Assembly: GCA_964496095.1 (NCBI GenBank)
Contig: CAZBWU010000003.1
Coordinates: forward strand, 1,901 to 65,900
Direction: 5' to 3'
DNA: 64,000 nt
Source: an uncultured Gammaproteobacteria bacterium
Lineage (GTDB): Bacteria; Patescibacteriota; Patescibacteriia; Magasanikbacterales; GWA2-37-8
Part shown: positions 1 through 9,937 of the stretch, in pieces
How the letters are laid out: every line of letters starts with the position of its first letter
Position numbering within the stretch: the stretch's first letter is position 1
The notes under the pieces: model-generated
Seen by the model: only the letters and a program-made list of their open reading frames with translations
Told to the model about the DNA's origin: nothing
Database searches by the model: none
Translations under genes and position numbers: made by a program

Positions 1-350
1 CCGCACAAAACACATTTAAACCCATCTCGTTGCATTACTTGGTACCTAAGCTTGGGTTGGATGCCTTTTCGCATGTCTTTTGATTTTACCGATCGTTTGA
101 GGTGTTCGTATGACTTTCTTCCTTTCTCAATAGACAAGTTGAAAGCATCGCTAAAATTTCTTATCACATTTAATTTTTTAAGTTGACGTTGGATTGATCT
201 TGGTGTTATGGAAATTTTTGTTTTTAAAAGTAATTCGTCAGCTATTTCTATAGAAGAAAGTTTTTTATTCAAATAAAGATCCGAAATAACAGTATCAAAG
301 CTCTTCTGTAGAAGATGGGATATTCTTTGGGATTTGTTTAGATTAGCCAT
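1..350 (-). CDS. HNH-type endonuclease with N-terminal HTH-like region (3' end beyond window; not in ORF track)
   Basis: Hand translation from ATG 350: MANLNKSQ...LSSIEIADELLLKTKISITPRSIQRQLKK...PKLRYQVMQRDGFKCVLCG. The R-D-x-x-x-C-x-x-C-G motif opens HNH domains. Confidence 0.75.
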   Translation of the reverse strand, partial: MANLNKSQRISHLLQKSFDTVISDLYLNKKLSSIEIADELLLKTKISITPRSIQRQLKKLNVIRNFSDAFNLSIEKGRKSYEHLKRSVKSKDMRKGIQPKLRYQVMQRDGFKCVLC

Positions 351-381
351 ATTGAATTGAGTGTAAGAGATATTATACTCA

Positions 382-410
382 ATTATATAATACTCCTAAA
401 ATAGAGTCAA
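382..410 (-). promoter_or_regulatory. sigma70 promoter for the HNH gene
   Basis: TTGACT-17 nt-TATAAT on the minus strand, overlapped by an inverted repeat at 355-384. Confidence 0.7.
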
Positions 411-433
411 ATAACTTATTAACACCTCTCCCC

Positions 434-1495
434 CTACTTCCAATAAACCTTTTCACCAAAGCGGAGGTCAATGTACGCTTTTGGTTTTATTGTTGTTAAC
501 ATTTCCCTAAAGACGGTCATCTGTAAATTTGTATCATTTTTTGGTTGGAAGATAATATACCATGGCTCACCAGTCTCAATTACGATTCCGGAGTTCAAAT
601 TGTCAAAAACGAAGAATTTGGGCTTTAGTCTCCCCTGCTGGCTCAGTTCTTTGTTCCAAGCGATAATACTATCTATATATTCAGTTGGTAAAACATTTTT
701 TTGTTTATCTTCTATATTAATATTTCTTCTATCATAAACCACAGGATAATCTATAAAAAATCTTTTTATTTTTTCGTTATTTGGAGTGTGTTCGTAGGTT
801 GGAGTGCTTGATAGGCTTACTTGTAGCACGCTCAGCGTGCTAGTTACAACGCTTAGCGTTGTAGAGGTGGTACTTGTGCTGGATAGTTGGCTGTAAGAAG
901 GGCTCTGAGGCTTTAGTTTTAGCTCGTCAGCGCCCACATCTGCCAAAGGCTTGATAACTGTCCCTTCCTTATCTAAAAGAAAATATTTTTTGCTATTATC
1001 ATAAATAATAGCCGATATTTTTTCTTTAACTTCGATATTTAATCCATTTGGAAAAACTTTGGTAACAATAACGCTCTCTAGAGAAAAACGGTCTTTGATA
1101 TTGTTGGCCGACCTATTAGAATTGATAAAGAAGTAATTATCAACGGGTAGCCAGCTAGCCCGGTTGAGATAGTTGCTATGTATAAAAGATTCCAGTTCGG
1201 CGCGAGAAGTATTGCCAAGATTGAAGTATGAGATTTTATTTATTTTAAAATATGGCGTATAAGCCAAGCAAAATATCCATCCTAAAATTAGGATGATAAG
1301 AATGATTAGTTTTAGCTTGGTTTTGTTGGGTTTTAATTGATTTTGAGGTTTATATGGGTTTGATTTATAGTGAGAGGGTAAATCAGAAATGGGAATAGCT
1401 TTTTGTTTTCGTTTAAAAACACGCGAAAGTTTCTTTTTCCAACTTTCTTCAGGTTTGTACTTGGCGAATGCTTTTTCGGAACGAAAATGTTTCAT
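434..1495 (-). CDS. FtsQ/DivIB-like cell division protein (POTRA domain)
   Basis: Single N-terminal TM helix, 'KVFPNGLNIEVKEK' POTRA end, C-terminal YIDLRFGEKVYWK. Confidence 0.75.
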   Translation of the reverse strand: MKHFRSEKAFAKYKPEESWKKKLSRVFKRKQKAIPISDLPSHYKSNPYKPQNQLKPNKTKLKLIILIILILGWIFCLAYTPYFKINKISYFNLGNTSRAELESFIHSNYLNRASWLPVDNYFFINSNRSANNIKDRFSLESVIVTKVFPNGLNIEVKEKISAIIYDNSKKYFLLDKEGTVIKPLADVGADELKLKPQSPSYSQLSSTSTTSTTLSVVTSTLSVLQVSLSSTPTYEHTPNNEKIKRFFIDYPVVYDRRNINIEDKQKNVLPTEYIDSIIAWNKELSQQGRLKPKFFVFDNLNSGIVIETGEPWYIIFQPKNDTNLQMTVFREMLTTIKPKAYIDLRFGEKVYWK

Positions 1496-1513
1496 GTGCT
1501 TATTAGTGTGTAT

Positions 1514-2617
1514 TTATAGGCGTGGTAAAGTTGGATTAATTCTATCTACGATTTCGTAGTTGATGGTCAGGCACCATTTAGCTAGGTCATCTATAGAGAC
1601 AATCTTTTTTCCACTTTGGCCAACAAGCGTCACTCTATCCCCTGCTTTTACTTTTAAACCGGTAATATCCACCATGCAAATATTCATGCAAACCCTGCCG
1701 ATAATTTTACAAAATTTATTTTTTATTAAAACATGACCGTTGTTTGATAATCTCCTATCATAGCCGTCCCAATAACCAACTGCCAGCACAGCCACTTGAG
1801 TTTGTTTTTTGGTTGTATAAGTGCCCCCATACCCTACTTTTGTGCCCTTAGGCAGATCTTTTGTCTGGATTATGGTTGTATACCATGAAAGAGCGGGTTT
1901 CAATTTGATAGTTTGTTTTTTATCTGGGTATAAGCCATACAAACTAATGCCTAATCTTACAGCATTTTCATGAGTAAATTTTGTGTTCAAGGTAGCTGAA
2001 GAGCAAGCGATGTGTTTTATGGGAATATTAAAACCATTTTTTTGCAAAGTATCGTCAACTGACATTAATATACTATGTTGAGTTTTAGTATATTCTGGAT
2101 CATCTTCGCTTGAAGCAAAATGGCTCCATAATCCTTCTAATTCCAGGTGCTTAAATTTTTGCAAAGCTTTGACAAAACTAAGGGTGTCCTTTGGTGAAAT
2201 GCCCAGACGAGAGGCGCCAGTATCAATTTTTAAATGTACTTTTATTTTTTTCTTTAGCCTCTCCCCTGCTCTATTTAAAATCCGGGCATTTTTGAGATCG
2301 TATAATGGAAAGATTATATTATTTTTTATAGCCAAATTGAATTTTTCACTGTCTTGATTATCAAAAAAACTTAAGATAATTACTGGTTTATTAGTAAGTT
2401 TATTTTTGATAAGATCGACTGCTTCATCTAGATTGACAACGCAAATTCTATCTACTTCTTTTATATCTTGAAGAATCTTGGCTACTTTTAGAAATCCATG
2501 ACCATAAGCATTGGCCTTGATTACAGGCATGAGCAAGACTTTTGGTCCGATCAGTTTTTTGAATTGCTTTGCATTATATTTGATAGCCTCAGCATCTATT
2601 TTTAGCCAAGTGAGCAT
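1514..2617 (-). CDS. alr: alanine racemase
   Basis: VIKANAYGHG PLP-lysine motif, KIDTGASRLG, GRVCMN. Confidence 0.95.
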   Translation of the reverse strand: MLTWLKIDAEAIKYNAKQFKKLIGPKVLLMPVIKANAYGHGFLKVAKILQDIKEVDRICVVNLDEAVDLIKNKLTNKPVIILSFFDNQDSEKFNLAIKNNIIFPLYDLKNARILNRAGERLKKKIKVHLKIDTGASRLGISPKDTLSFVKALQKFKHLELEGLWSHFASSEDDPEYTKTQHSILMSVDDTLQKNGFNIPIKHIACSSATLNTKFTHENAVRLGISLYGLYPDKKQTIKLKPALSWYTTIIQTKDLPKGTKVGYGGTYTTKKQTQVAVLAVGYWDGYDRRLSNNGHVLIKNKFCKIIGRVCMNICMVDITGLKVKAGDRVTLVGQSGKKIVSIDDLAKWCLTINYEIVDRINPTLPRL

Positions 2618-2632
2618 ACAAAATATAATTGT

Positions 2633-3868
2633 TTAGAGTTTTTCAAAGCCGGTATATTTTTGTAAAACTTTTGGAATAAGAACGCTGCCATCAGCTTGCT
2701 GGAAGTTTTCAACAATGGCAATTGGAAAACGGCTCAGTACCACCGCAGTGCCATTTAAGGTATGAACAAATTCATTTGAGCCGTCTTCTTTTTTGTATTT
2801 AATATTAAGTCTGCGCGCTTGGTAGTCTGTACAGTTGCTAGTACTGGTTATCTCTCCGTAATCATTTTTCATAGTCATCCAAGCCTCAATATCATATTTG
2901 CGATATGCTGGTCCGCCTAGATCACCACTAGCAATATCAATCACTCTGTATGGTATTTCTAGGCCAGTAGCAATTTCCCGCTCGATACCCAAGAGCTCTT
3001 GGTGCATTTTCTCACTATCTTCCGGTCGACAATAGACAAACATTTCCAATTTTGTGAATTGGTGTACTCGGTATAAACCCTTGCTAGTACGTCCGTAGGC
3101 ACCAGCTTCTTTGCGGAAACAATGTGAAACAGCCGCGTATTTGATTGGTCCTTTTGACAAGTCTAAAACTTCGTTGGCATGATAACCACCCATAGTTATT
3201 TCAGCGGTACCAATCAAGCTCATCTCTTCGCCGGCTACTTGGTAAATTTGGTCTTCTTCACCTCTTGGATTAAAGCCAAGGCCAGTCAGGATTTCGTTTT
3301 TAGCCATATCTGGTGTTTCTACCAGGGTAAAACCATGGCGGCTAACAACATCCATACCGTAATTTATTAAGGCTTGATTGAGTCGTACTAGATTATTTTT
3401 GGTAAAATAAAACTTGGAACTAGCCACTTTGGCGCCACGTTCAAAATCAATCAAATCAAGGTTTGTCATTAATTCCTCATGGTCTTTGGCAGGGAAAGAA
3501 AACTCAGGTGGATTACCACTTGTTATAATAACTTTATAATCCTCTTCTCCGCCGACTGGAGTTTCTGAGTGAGTAAGATTAGGAATTTTTAATAAAAGAT
3601 CCAAATATTTTGGTTCTAAATCTGATATTTTATTTTCCAACAAAGCTATCTCATCCCCCATTTTACGAAGCTTTAGCATGTCTTCTTCGCTGGGCTTGCC
3701 TTTGGATTGGCTTTTTCTTTGAGCCCTTAAGCTCTCTATTTCTTTTTGAATAGAGCGTTTTTCTTCGTCAATTTTTAATAGTTCGTCTAGATCTACTTTA
3801 ACAAAACGATTAGCGCAATTTTGTCTTATTAACTCTATGTTTTCTCTGATAAATTTTATGTCTAGCAT
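2633..3868 (-). CDS. serS: seryl-tRNA synthetase
   Basis: MLDIKFIR N-terminal coiled coil, FRKEAG, GLYRVHQF, HTLNGT. Confidence 0.97.
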   Translation of the reverse strand: MLDIKFIRENIELIRQNCANRFVKVDLDELLKIDEEKRSIQKEIESLRAQRKSQSKGKPSEEDMLKLRKMGDEIALLENKISDLEPKYLDLLLKIPNLTHSETPVGGEEDYKVIITSGNPPEFSFPAKDHEELMTNLDLIDFERGAKVASSKFYFTKNNLVRLNQALINYGMDVVSRHGFTLVETPDMAKNEILTGLGFNPRGEEDQIYQVAGEEMSLIGTAEITMGGYHANEVLDLSKGPIKYAAVSHCFRKEAGAYGRTSKGLYRVHQFTKLEMFVYCRPEDSEKMHQELLGIEREIATGLEIPYRVIDIASGDLGGPAYRKYDIEAWMTMKNDYGEITSTSNCTDYQARRLNIKYKKEDGSNEFVHTLNGTAVVLSRFPIAIVENFQQADGSVLIPKVLQKYTGFEKL

Positions 3869-3920
3869 ATTGATTTAACGAAATCACGTCGCGCAATCGT
3901 CTATTGAAGCGCGACGGTTT

Positions 3921-4946
3921 TTACTTAATATATTTTAAAAGTATTTTTTTGTTATTTTTAGATTGAATAAGTTTTTTGTTCAAAGGTAACATGTCCATCT
4001 TCAAAGCTTCTTTGTAGGTAAACCATCCATAGTCAGAACTTTCGGCTTCAGCTATTTTTATTTTTCCCGACACGATTGAGCAAATACACATAAATAAATG
4101 TACTTGGTAGTGTTCTTTTTTAACGAGAGACGTCAAAATATCAGGCAACTGTTCTTCAACCTTCACCTTAAAGCCGGACTCTTCTAGGACTTCATCTCTT
4201 ACTGTCTCTATAAAAGTTGCACCGTCTTCTACTCCACCACCGGGAAATTCCCACTTGTCATTAAAGTCAGGTCTATGGTCACGTCGTTTGGTCATAAGCA
4301 TCTTGCCGTCTTTGACAACAATGCCAGCAGCGCAGATTATTTGTTTTGGTTGGTAATTTTTTATTAAAAAATACCTAACCTGGTTAATCATCTTTCCTCT
4401 GTGGCTAATTCTGTTTTTTTCTAAAATATTCATTTCAGAAAATAATTTTTTAAGGTTCGGAAAATAAAAAATCGGATCATAACCCATATCTTCATTGAGA
4501 TCGCTGCCAATTTTATCTGTAATCAAACCATCCAACCTTCCGTTAAACGTAAAAAAATTATCTGTTTGTGGATCAAAAAGACAGCCAGTAGTTTCAAAGT
4601 AAGCACTGCGTTTTTTTTCAGGTATGCCTTTTAATTGTTCTAAAATTTTAGTATTTCTCTCTAGAGCTGTCGGGGCGTATCTTTTTGATTTTATTCCAGG
4701 TTGACCTTTTAGATGATTTATAAATAAGCCTGTGTCTTCGGCTAAAGTCAGTAGCCCACTTTTTTTTGCAAAAAATCTAGCCTTTTCTAAAGCATTTTGC
4801 CAAGTGGTGTCGTGCGGTTCATCTACTTCGATTTTGTCTAAGCCTACGTCTTTGAGGCTGACAAACTTAAAATGCATGTCGGCCAACTCAGCTGTTATTT
4901 CTCTAAACTTTTCTTTATTACCAGTAGCGATAAGAATTTTTTGCAT
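3921..4946 (-). CDS. Ham1/RdgB non-canonical purine NTP pyrophosphatase fused to a NUDIX hydrolase
   Basis: ATGNKEK, EDTGL, GYDPIF and KNRISHRG Ham1 motifs; C-terminal Nudix box PGGGVEDGATFIETVRDEVLEESG. Confidence 0.88.
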   Translation of the reverse strand: MQKILIATGNKEKFREITAELADMHFKFVSLKDVGLDKIEVDEPHDTTWQNALEKARFFAKKSGLLTLAEDTGLFINHLKGQPGIKSKRYAPTALERNTKILEQLKGIPEKKRSAYFETTGCLFDPQTDNFFTFNGRLDGLITDKIGSDLNEDMGYDPIFYFPNLKKLFSEMNILEKNRISHRGKMINQVRYFLIKNYQPKQIICAAGIVVKDGKMLMTKRRDHRPDFNDKWEFPGGGVEDGATFIETVRDEVLEESGFKVKVEEQLPDILTSLVKKEHYQVHLFMCICSIVSGKIKIAEAESSDYGWFTYKEALKMDMLPLNKKLIQSKNNKKILLKYIK

Positions 4947-4951
4947 ATTAG

Positions 4952-5365
4952 CTATTCTTGATTTTGCATTTTTTCTTTTATTTTTGAGCTTTTATAAATT
5001 TCCGGTTGAAATGGTTGGAGGCGAACTATTTTTATAGTATCTTTTATATTTTCTTTGAGCTTATCAACAAAAGCGACTTGATCATATCCTAGCGCGATAA
5101 TATCAGGGTCCTCTTCTCTGATAGCTTGATATCTATCTTCTCCCAAGTTTCCTAGCCTGACTTTGTCGGCAATATTTAATTGTTTAACGTGTTCTAATCG
5201 TGTTTTTTCATCTAGCATTGGCGCTTTGCCTTTTACTTGGTGGGTGATTTCGTCCCTAGAAACAATTACAATAAGATAATCACCGTAGGTTTTGGCTTCT
5301 TTTAACATATGGATATGCCCGGGATGGACAATATCAAATGTGCCAAATACCATTACTTTCTGCAT
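4952..5365 (-). CDS. cytidylyltransferase-family nucleotidyltransferase (RibL/TagD-like)
   Basis: FGTFDIVHPGH (HxGH) motif, LGYDQ, KSSKIK. Confidence 0.85.
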   Translation of the reverse strand: MQKVMVFGTFDIVHPGHIHMLKEAKTYGDYLIVIVSRDEITHQVKGKAPMLDEKTRLEHVKQLNIADKVRLGNLGEDRYQAIREEDPDIIALGYDQVAFVDKLKENIKDTIKIVRLQPFQPEIYKSSKIKEKMQNQE

Positions 5366-5369
5366 ACAA

Positions 5370-6836
5370 CTATTCTTTATTTTCCGGTTTTAAGGTGGGG
5401 AATAAAATTACTTCTTTTAGATTTTGGACATCCATTAAAAGTTTGACTAGTCTATCAATACCCATGCCAAGACCTGCGGTTGGTGGCATGCCGTGCTTGA
5501 GAGCAGTCACAAAATCTTCGTCATAAGGCATGCTCTCTTCATCTCCGGCTGCGCCAAGGCGTTCTTGGTCTTTGAATCTTGATTCTTGATCTATTGGGTC
5601 GTTGAGCTCAGAGAAGCCATTACATAATTCGTTTCCTCCCACACAAACAAGCTGTAGACGTTCTACATATTTGTCGTTGTCGGTTTTGCGTTTGGCCAGT
5701 GGAGAAAGTTCTACTGGGTGGTCAATCATAAATATCGGATTGATGATTTTTGGTCGGGCGTAAGTTTTATAAATTTCATCAACCATCTTGCCATAGCCGG
5801 TATCCTTGTCCACGCCATCTATATGAAGATCTTTTATTTTTTCATATAAAGATTTTTGGTCAGCAAATTCTTCTATATCAATTTTGGCATATTCCATGAT
5901 AATTGCGCGCATAGTTTGGCGAGGATAAGGAGGGGTAAAATCAACATCATCATCCCCTACTTTAAATTTGAGAGGTAAGCCGGCGGCTGTAATTATTTTT
6001 GGTAATAAATCTTCTACCAAATTCATTAGATCTTGGTAGTTAGCATATGCCCAATAAAATTCAATCTGAGTAAATTCGGGATTATGATTATTGTCTATTC
6101 CTTCATTTCTAAAACATTTGGCTACTTCATAGACTTTTTCAAAACCACCAACAATCAAGCGTTTGAGATATAGCTCCGGAGCAACACGAAGATATAAAGG
6201 AATGTCTAAAGCATTGTGATGGGTCACAAACGGTTTGGCTAGAGCGCCACCATAAAGAGTTTGTAAAACTGGAGTTTCTACTTCAAAAAAACCTTTACTA
6301 TCAAAATAATTTCTAATTTCTCGAACGATAAGACTACGAACTTTGGCAATTCGCATTGATTCTTCGTTGGCAATCAAATCCAAATATCTTTGTCTGTACC
6401 TAGTTTCTATATCATTGAGACCGTGAAATTTTTCAGGCATCGGCAGAAGCGCCTTGCTTAGTAGTTGATATTTTTTTACTAGAACTGTCAGTTCGCCTTT
6501 GTGGGTAGTAAAAATATCGCCTTCAATATGCAAAAAATCACCTAAGTCAAAATATTTTATAAAAAGTTTATATTGGTCTTTGCCAAGTTCTTTTTCAGAA
6601 AAAGCGACTTGAATTTTACCGCTAGCATCTCTAAGATGAGAAAAACTAATTTTTCCCATCTCTCTTTTGGCTATAAGTCTCCCAGCAATTTTAACTGGAG
6701 TAGCTTCCGGCTTAGTCAAAGCTTCGGAAATAGAAATTCTTTCTTCTGTCAGGCTTGGGTAAGGATTAATACCAGCCGAGCGCAAATAATTTAGTCTTTC
6801 CAATCGTACGATATCTTCTCTGATTTCATTTGGCAT
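5370..6836 (-). CDS. lysS: lysyl-tRNA synthetase (class II)
   Basis: RYRQRYLDL, APELYLKRL, FRNEG, GMPPTAGLGMGIDRL. Confidence 0.97.
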   Translation of the reverse strand: MPNEIREDIVRLERLNYLRSAGINPYPSLTEERISISEALTKPEATPVKIAGRLIAKREMGKISFSHLRDASGKIQVAFSEKELGKDQYKLFIKYFDLGDFLHIEGDIFTTHKGELTVLVKKYQLLSKALLPMPEKFHGLNDIETRYRQRYLDLIANEESMRIAKVRSLIVREIRNYFDSKGFFEVETPVLQTLYGGALAKPFVTHHNALDIPLYLRVAPELYLKRLIVGGFEKVYEVAKCFRNEGIDNNHNPEFTQIEFYWAYANYQDLMNLVEDLLPKIITAAGLPLKFKVGDDDVDFTPPYPRQTMRAIIMEYAKIDIEEFADQKSLYEKIKDLHIDGVDKDTGYGKMVDEIYKTYARPKIINPIFMIDHPVELSPLAKRKTDNDKYVERLQLVCVGGNELCNGFSELNDPIDQESRFKDQERLGAAGDEESMPYDEDFVTALKHGMPPTAGLGMGIDRLVKLLMDVQNLKEVILFPTLKPENKE

Positions 6837-6866
6837 ATTTAAAAAATTACTATGGATGATTCGCTA

Positions 6867-7337
6867 TTACTTTACTTCTAAAATTTCGTATGTTTGTTTT
6901 CCTGCTGGGGTGTGAGCCAAAACTTCATCCCCTACCTTATGGCCAAGGAAAGCTTCTCCTAAAGGTGATTGGTTGGAAATTTTACCTTGCAAAGGATCTG
7001 CTTCTTGCGGACCGACAATGGTATAAGTTTTTGTTTTGTCGTTTGTTTTAATAACAATGGTACTGCCGACGATTATCTTGCCTTGTTTTTGAGGAGCAGA
7101 ACTTACTACTTGGGCGTTATCTATAATATATTCAAGCTCTTGGCGTCTTCCGTGAGCCCAGGCCATCTCTTCTTTAGCTTGGTGGTATTCAGCATTTTCT
7201 GATAAGTCGCCATGCTGTTTGGCGTCATCTATACGAGTGGCGATGTTTGGGATTTTTTCATCTTTGAGGTGAATCAATTCTTGTTTTAATTCTTCCAATC
7301 TTTGAGGGCTTACATACTGAATTTTTTCATCTGACAT
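6867..7337 (-). CDS. greA: transcription elongation factor GreA
   Basis: HGDLSENAEY, ISNQSPLG. Confidence 0.95.
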   Translation of the reverse strand: MSDEKIQYVSPQRLEELKQELIHLKDEKIPNIATRIDDAKQHGDLSENAEYHQAKEEMAWAHGRRQELEYIIDNAQVVSSAPQKQGKIIVGSTIVIKTNDKTKTYTIVGPQEADPLQGKISNQSPLGEAFLGHKVGDEVLAHTPAGKQTYEILEVK

Positions 7338-7419
7338 AGGGTATTTTAGTTGGCTTAAAAGTTTAAAATTTACTTAAATAGCTTTTAAAAGTATAGCATA
7401 CCGTATAAATAAATCAACC

Positions 7420-9390
7420 TTAATTTTGATACTTTTTACCCCACCAGAGCAGAAAGTCTCGAGCGATCGGTTCGACGGCTGTGCTTCCTTCGACCCCCTC
7501 TTCTACAAGCACGGTAACCACGATTTTTGGGTTTTCTAAAGGCGCAAATGAGGTAAACCAAGCATGGTTATCTTTGTTTGAGTTCCATTGGGCAGTTCCC
7601 GTTTTACCACCACTTGAGAATGGCAAAGCTTTCATCATCTGACAGCTACCGTAGCTGACACAGTCTCGCATACCTTGACGCACCAAAGCTAGATTATAGT
7701 CACTCACTGGAACCTTGGTTTTTTTAAAGTCTAGATTAGTCTTATTGTGAGTGACTGGTTCTTCCAATTGTTGAGCTAGGTGTGGCTGGACAACACTTCC
7801 ACCGTTGGCTACAGCCGCAGTCCAAACTGCAACTTGAATAGGTGTGACTAGTAAGTCTCCCTGGCCGATAGAAAGATTATAAGTATCACCCACATACCAA
7901 GTTTCTTTTTTGGTCGCCAGCTTCCAATCTTTGCTTGGTAAAAAACCAGTGGCTTCGCCGTTTATATCAATGCCTGATTTTTTAGAAATTCCAAAAGCCT
8001 GCATGTATTTTACAATTCTATCCACCCCTAAGCCAACAAAATTTTTGTATCCACCACCAACATAATAGAAAAAAGTATTCACTGACCAAGCCAGAGCCTT
8101 GCCTACATTTGTAATTCCATGCCCCCCAACCTTCCAATCTCTGAATAAGTGGTCTCCTAGTTGCAAGCCACCAGTACTTAAAAAAGTAGTTGCCGAAGTA
8201 ATAACTTTTTCTTCTAAAGCAGCGGCTGCGATAATTAGTTTGATTGTAGATCCTGAAGGATAAGTACCGCCGACAGATCTGTTGAATAAAGGATGGTCGA
8301 GGTCATTACTATATTTAGAGTAATCAGCCTGAGAAATACCGCCTGAAAAATCATTATTATTAAAAGCTGGCAAACTGACCATAGCGATGATTGAGCCGTC
8401 GCGCGGATCCATAGCAATAGCCGAGGCACGTTTTTTGTTTAGATGAGTCAACATTTTTTGAGTCAAATCTTCCAGTTTTTTTTGCGCTTCAAAATCTAAT
8501 GAGAGAATAAGATTTTTACCTGGGTATGGAGGTTCTTCGGCCAGAACATTTTGTTCGTGACCAATAGCATTTACTTCAACTTTTTTTAAGCCGTATTTAC
8601 CACGCAGATCTGATTCATAAGTTTTTTCTAAACCTGTTTTACCAATATTATCAAATGGTAAATATTCATTTTGTCCCTTTAAATTTTCCAGTTCTGTTTC
8701 GTTTAATTTCCCTAGATAGCCAAGCAAATGAGAGATACTTAGACTGCTACTAACGCTAACACTGTCGTGAATGTAGTTTCGTTTACTGCCTTTTTCAATG
8801 GAAATGCCTGGCAGTTGGGAACTTTTTATATATAGCTTAAGAGCAGATTCGTAATCTAGATTTTCTTTGATTACCAAAGAAGCGTAACTATAAAATTGGT
8901 ACTTATTCAATAAATCAGTAATTTGTTCTTTGGGAATACTGCTTAATTCTACCACTTTATTAATTATTTCTTCCCTCTTTTCTTTATTACGAGGCAAATC
9001 TTGAGGGACAAGATTGAGAGAAAAGTTTGGAATGTTCTGGACAAGTTCGTTATGAAATCTGTCGTAGATAATCCCCCGTTCTGCCAAAATTGGTCTCAGA
9101 CGAATACGATTGCCTTCCGCCAAAGTTTCGTAATAATTACCTTTTAAAATTTGTAAATAAAAAGTTTTACCAAAAAGCACGCCTAAACCTAAAGCAACCA
9201 CGATTGTCAAAATGGCAACGGTTTTTTTGGAGATGCTGGTGCCCAGATAATTGTTGGTATGGGAAACGGCCACTTGTTTGCCACTCTGACCTTCGAAATT
9301 AAAAGACTCTTCTACCCAGTTACGGCTATATTTCCCATCCAGATTGGCATCCCCTATTTTTTCTTCAGATACATTAAAAAGTTTTGCCAT
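7420..9390 (-). CDS. mrdA: penicillin-binding protein 2 (start revised to ATG 9390)
   Basis: RGIIYDR, PSGSTIK (SxxK), SVN, KTGTAQ; follows mreBCD. Confidence 0.92.
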   Translation of the reverse strand: MAKLFNVSEEKIGDANLDGKYSRNWVEESFNFEGQSGKQVAVSHTNNYLGTSISKKTVAILTIVVALGLGVLFGKTFYLQILKGNYYETLAEGNRIRLRPILAERGIIYDRFHNELVQNIPNFSLNLVPQDLPRNKEKREEIINKVVELSSIPKEQITDLLNKYQFYSYASLVIKENLDYESALKLYIKSSQLPGISIEKGSKRNYIHDSVSVSSSLSISHLLGYLGKLNETELENLKGQNEYLPFDNIGKTGLEKTYESDLRGKYGLKKVEVNAIGHEQNVLAEEPPYPGKNLILSLDFEAQKKLEDLTQKMLTHLNKKRASAIAMDPRDGSIIAMVSLPAFNNNDFSGGISQADYSKYSNDLDHPLFNRSVGGTYPSGSTIKLIIAAAALEEKVITSATTFLSTGGLQLGDHLFRDWKVGGHGITNVGKALAWSVNTFFYYVGGGYKNFVGLGVDRIVKYMQAFGISKKSGIDINGEATGFLPSKDWKLATKKETWYVGDTYNLSIGQGDLLVTPIQVAVWTAAVANGGSVVQPHLAQQLEEPVTHNKTNLDFKKTKVPVSDYNLALVRQGMRDCVSYGSCQMMKALPFSSGGKTGTAQWNSNKDNHAWFTSFAPLENPKIVVTVLVEEGVEGSTAVEPIARDFLLWWGKKYQN

Positions 9391-9392
9391 AT

Positions 9393-9923
9393 TTAGTAGC
9401 TTATTCGAAAATTTTTGCGAAAAATTCTGATAAATTTGGAATAAATAAAATAGAGAATAGCAACTTCTAAAGAAGTTAATAAAACTTCCCAAGCAATATC
9501 GCTAAATACCTCCTTGCCTGGTAATAAGGGATTGTTACCGAAATAATTATAAATAACTAAAAAGGAAAAAAATATAGCTCGATAAAAAATCATGCCAATA
9601 GCTGTAGAGATAAAAATGATATAGGCAGAACGATTAGTAAGGATATTTAGCTGAAACCAATTGATGGCAATCAGGCTAATAATTAGAGAAGCTTGGCCAA
9701 TGCCAAAAGGAATACCGCTGAGAAGCTCTAAAAAATAGGAAAGAATAATTGCTAGCCAAATAATCTGTCGGCTAGGTTTGATAGTAAGAAAAAATAGCAA
9801 CATTCCAAAAACAGTATTGAGATGATTATATGGATAAGGAAATAGATTGATTATAAAAATATGTGCTACCAAAATAAGCAGGACAGATAAAAATAAAAAT
9901 AGTGTTTTTTGTAAAAATTTCAT
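9393..9923 (-). CDS. mreD: MreD-like membrane protein
   Basis: About 5 TM helices; lies between mreC and mrdA. Confidence 0.7.
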   Translation of the reverse strand: MKFLQKTLFLFLSVLLILVAHIFIINLFPYPYNHLNTVFGMLLFFLTIKPSRQIIWLAIILSYFLELLSGIPFGIGQASLIISLIAINWFQLNILTNRSAYIIFISTAIGMIFYRAIFFSFLVIYNYFGNNPLLPGKEVFSDIAWEVLLTSLEVAILYFIYSKFIRIFRKNFRISY

Positions 9924-9937
9924 AACCGGTTTGAAAA

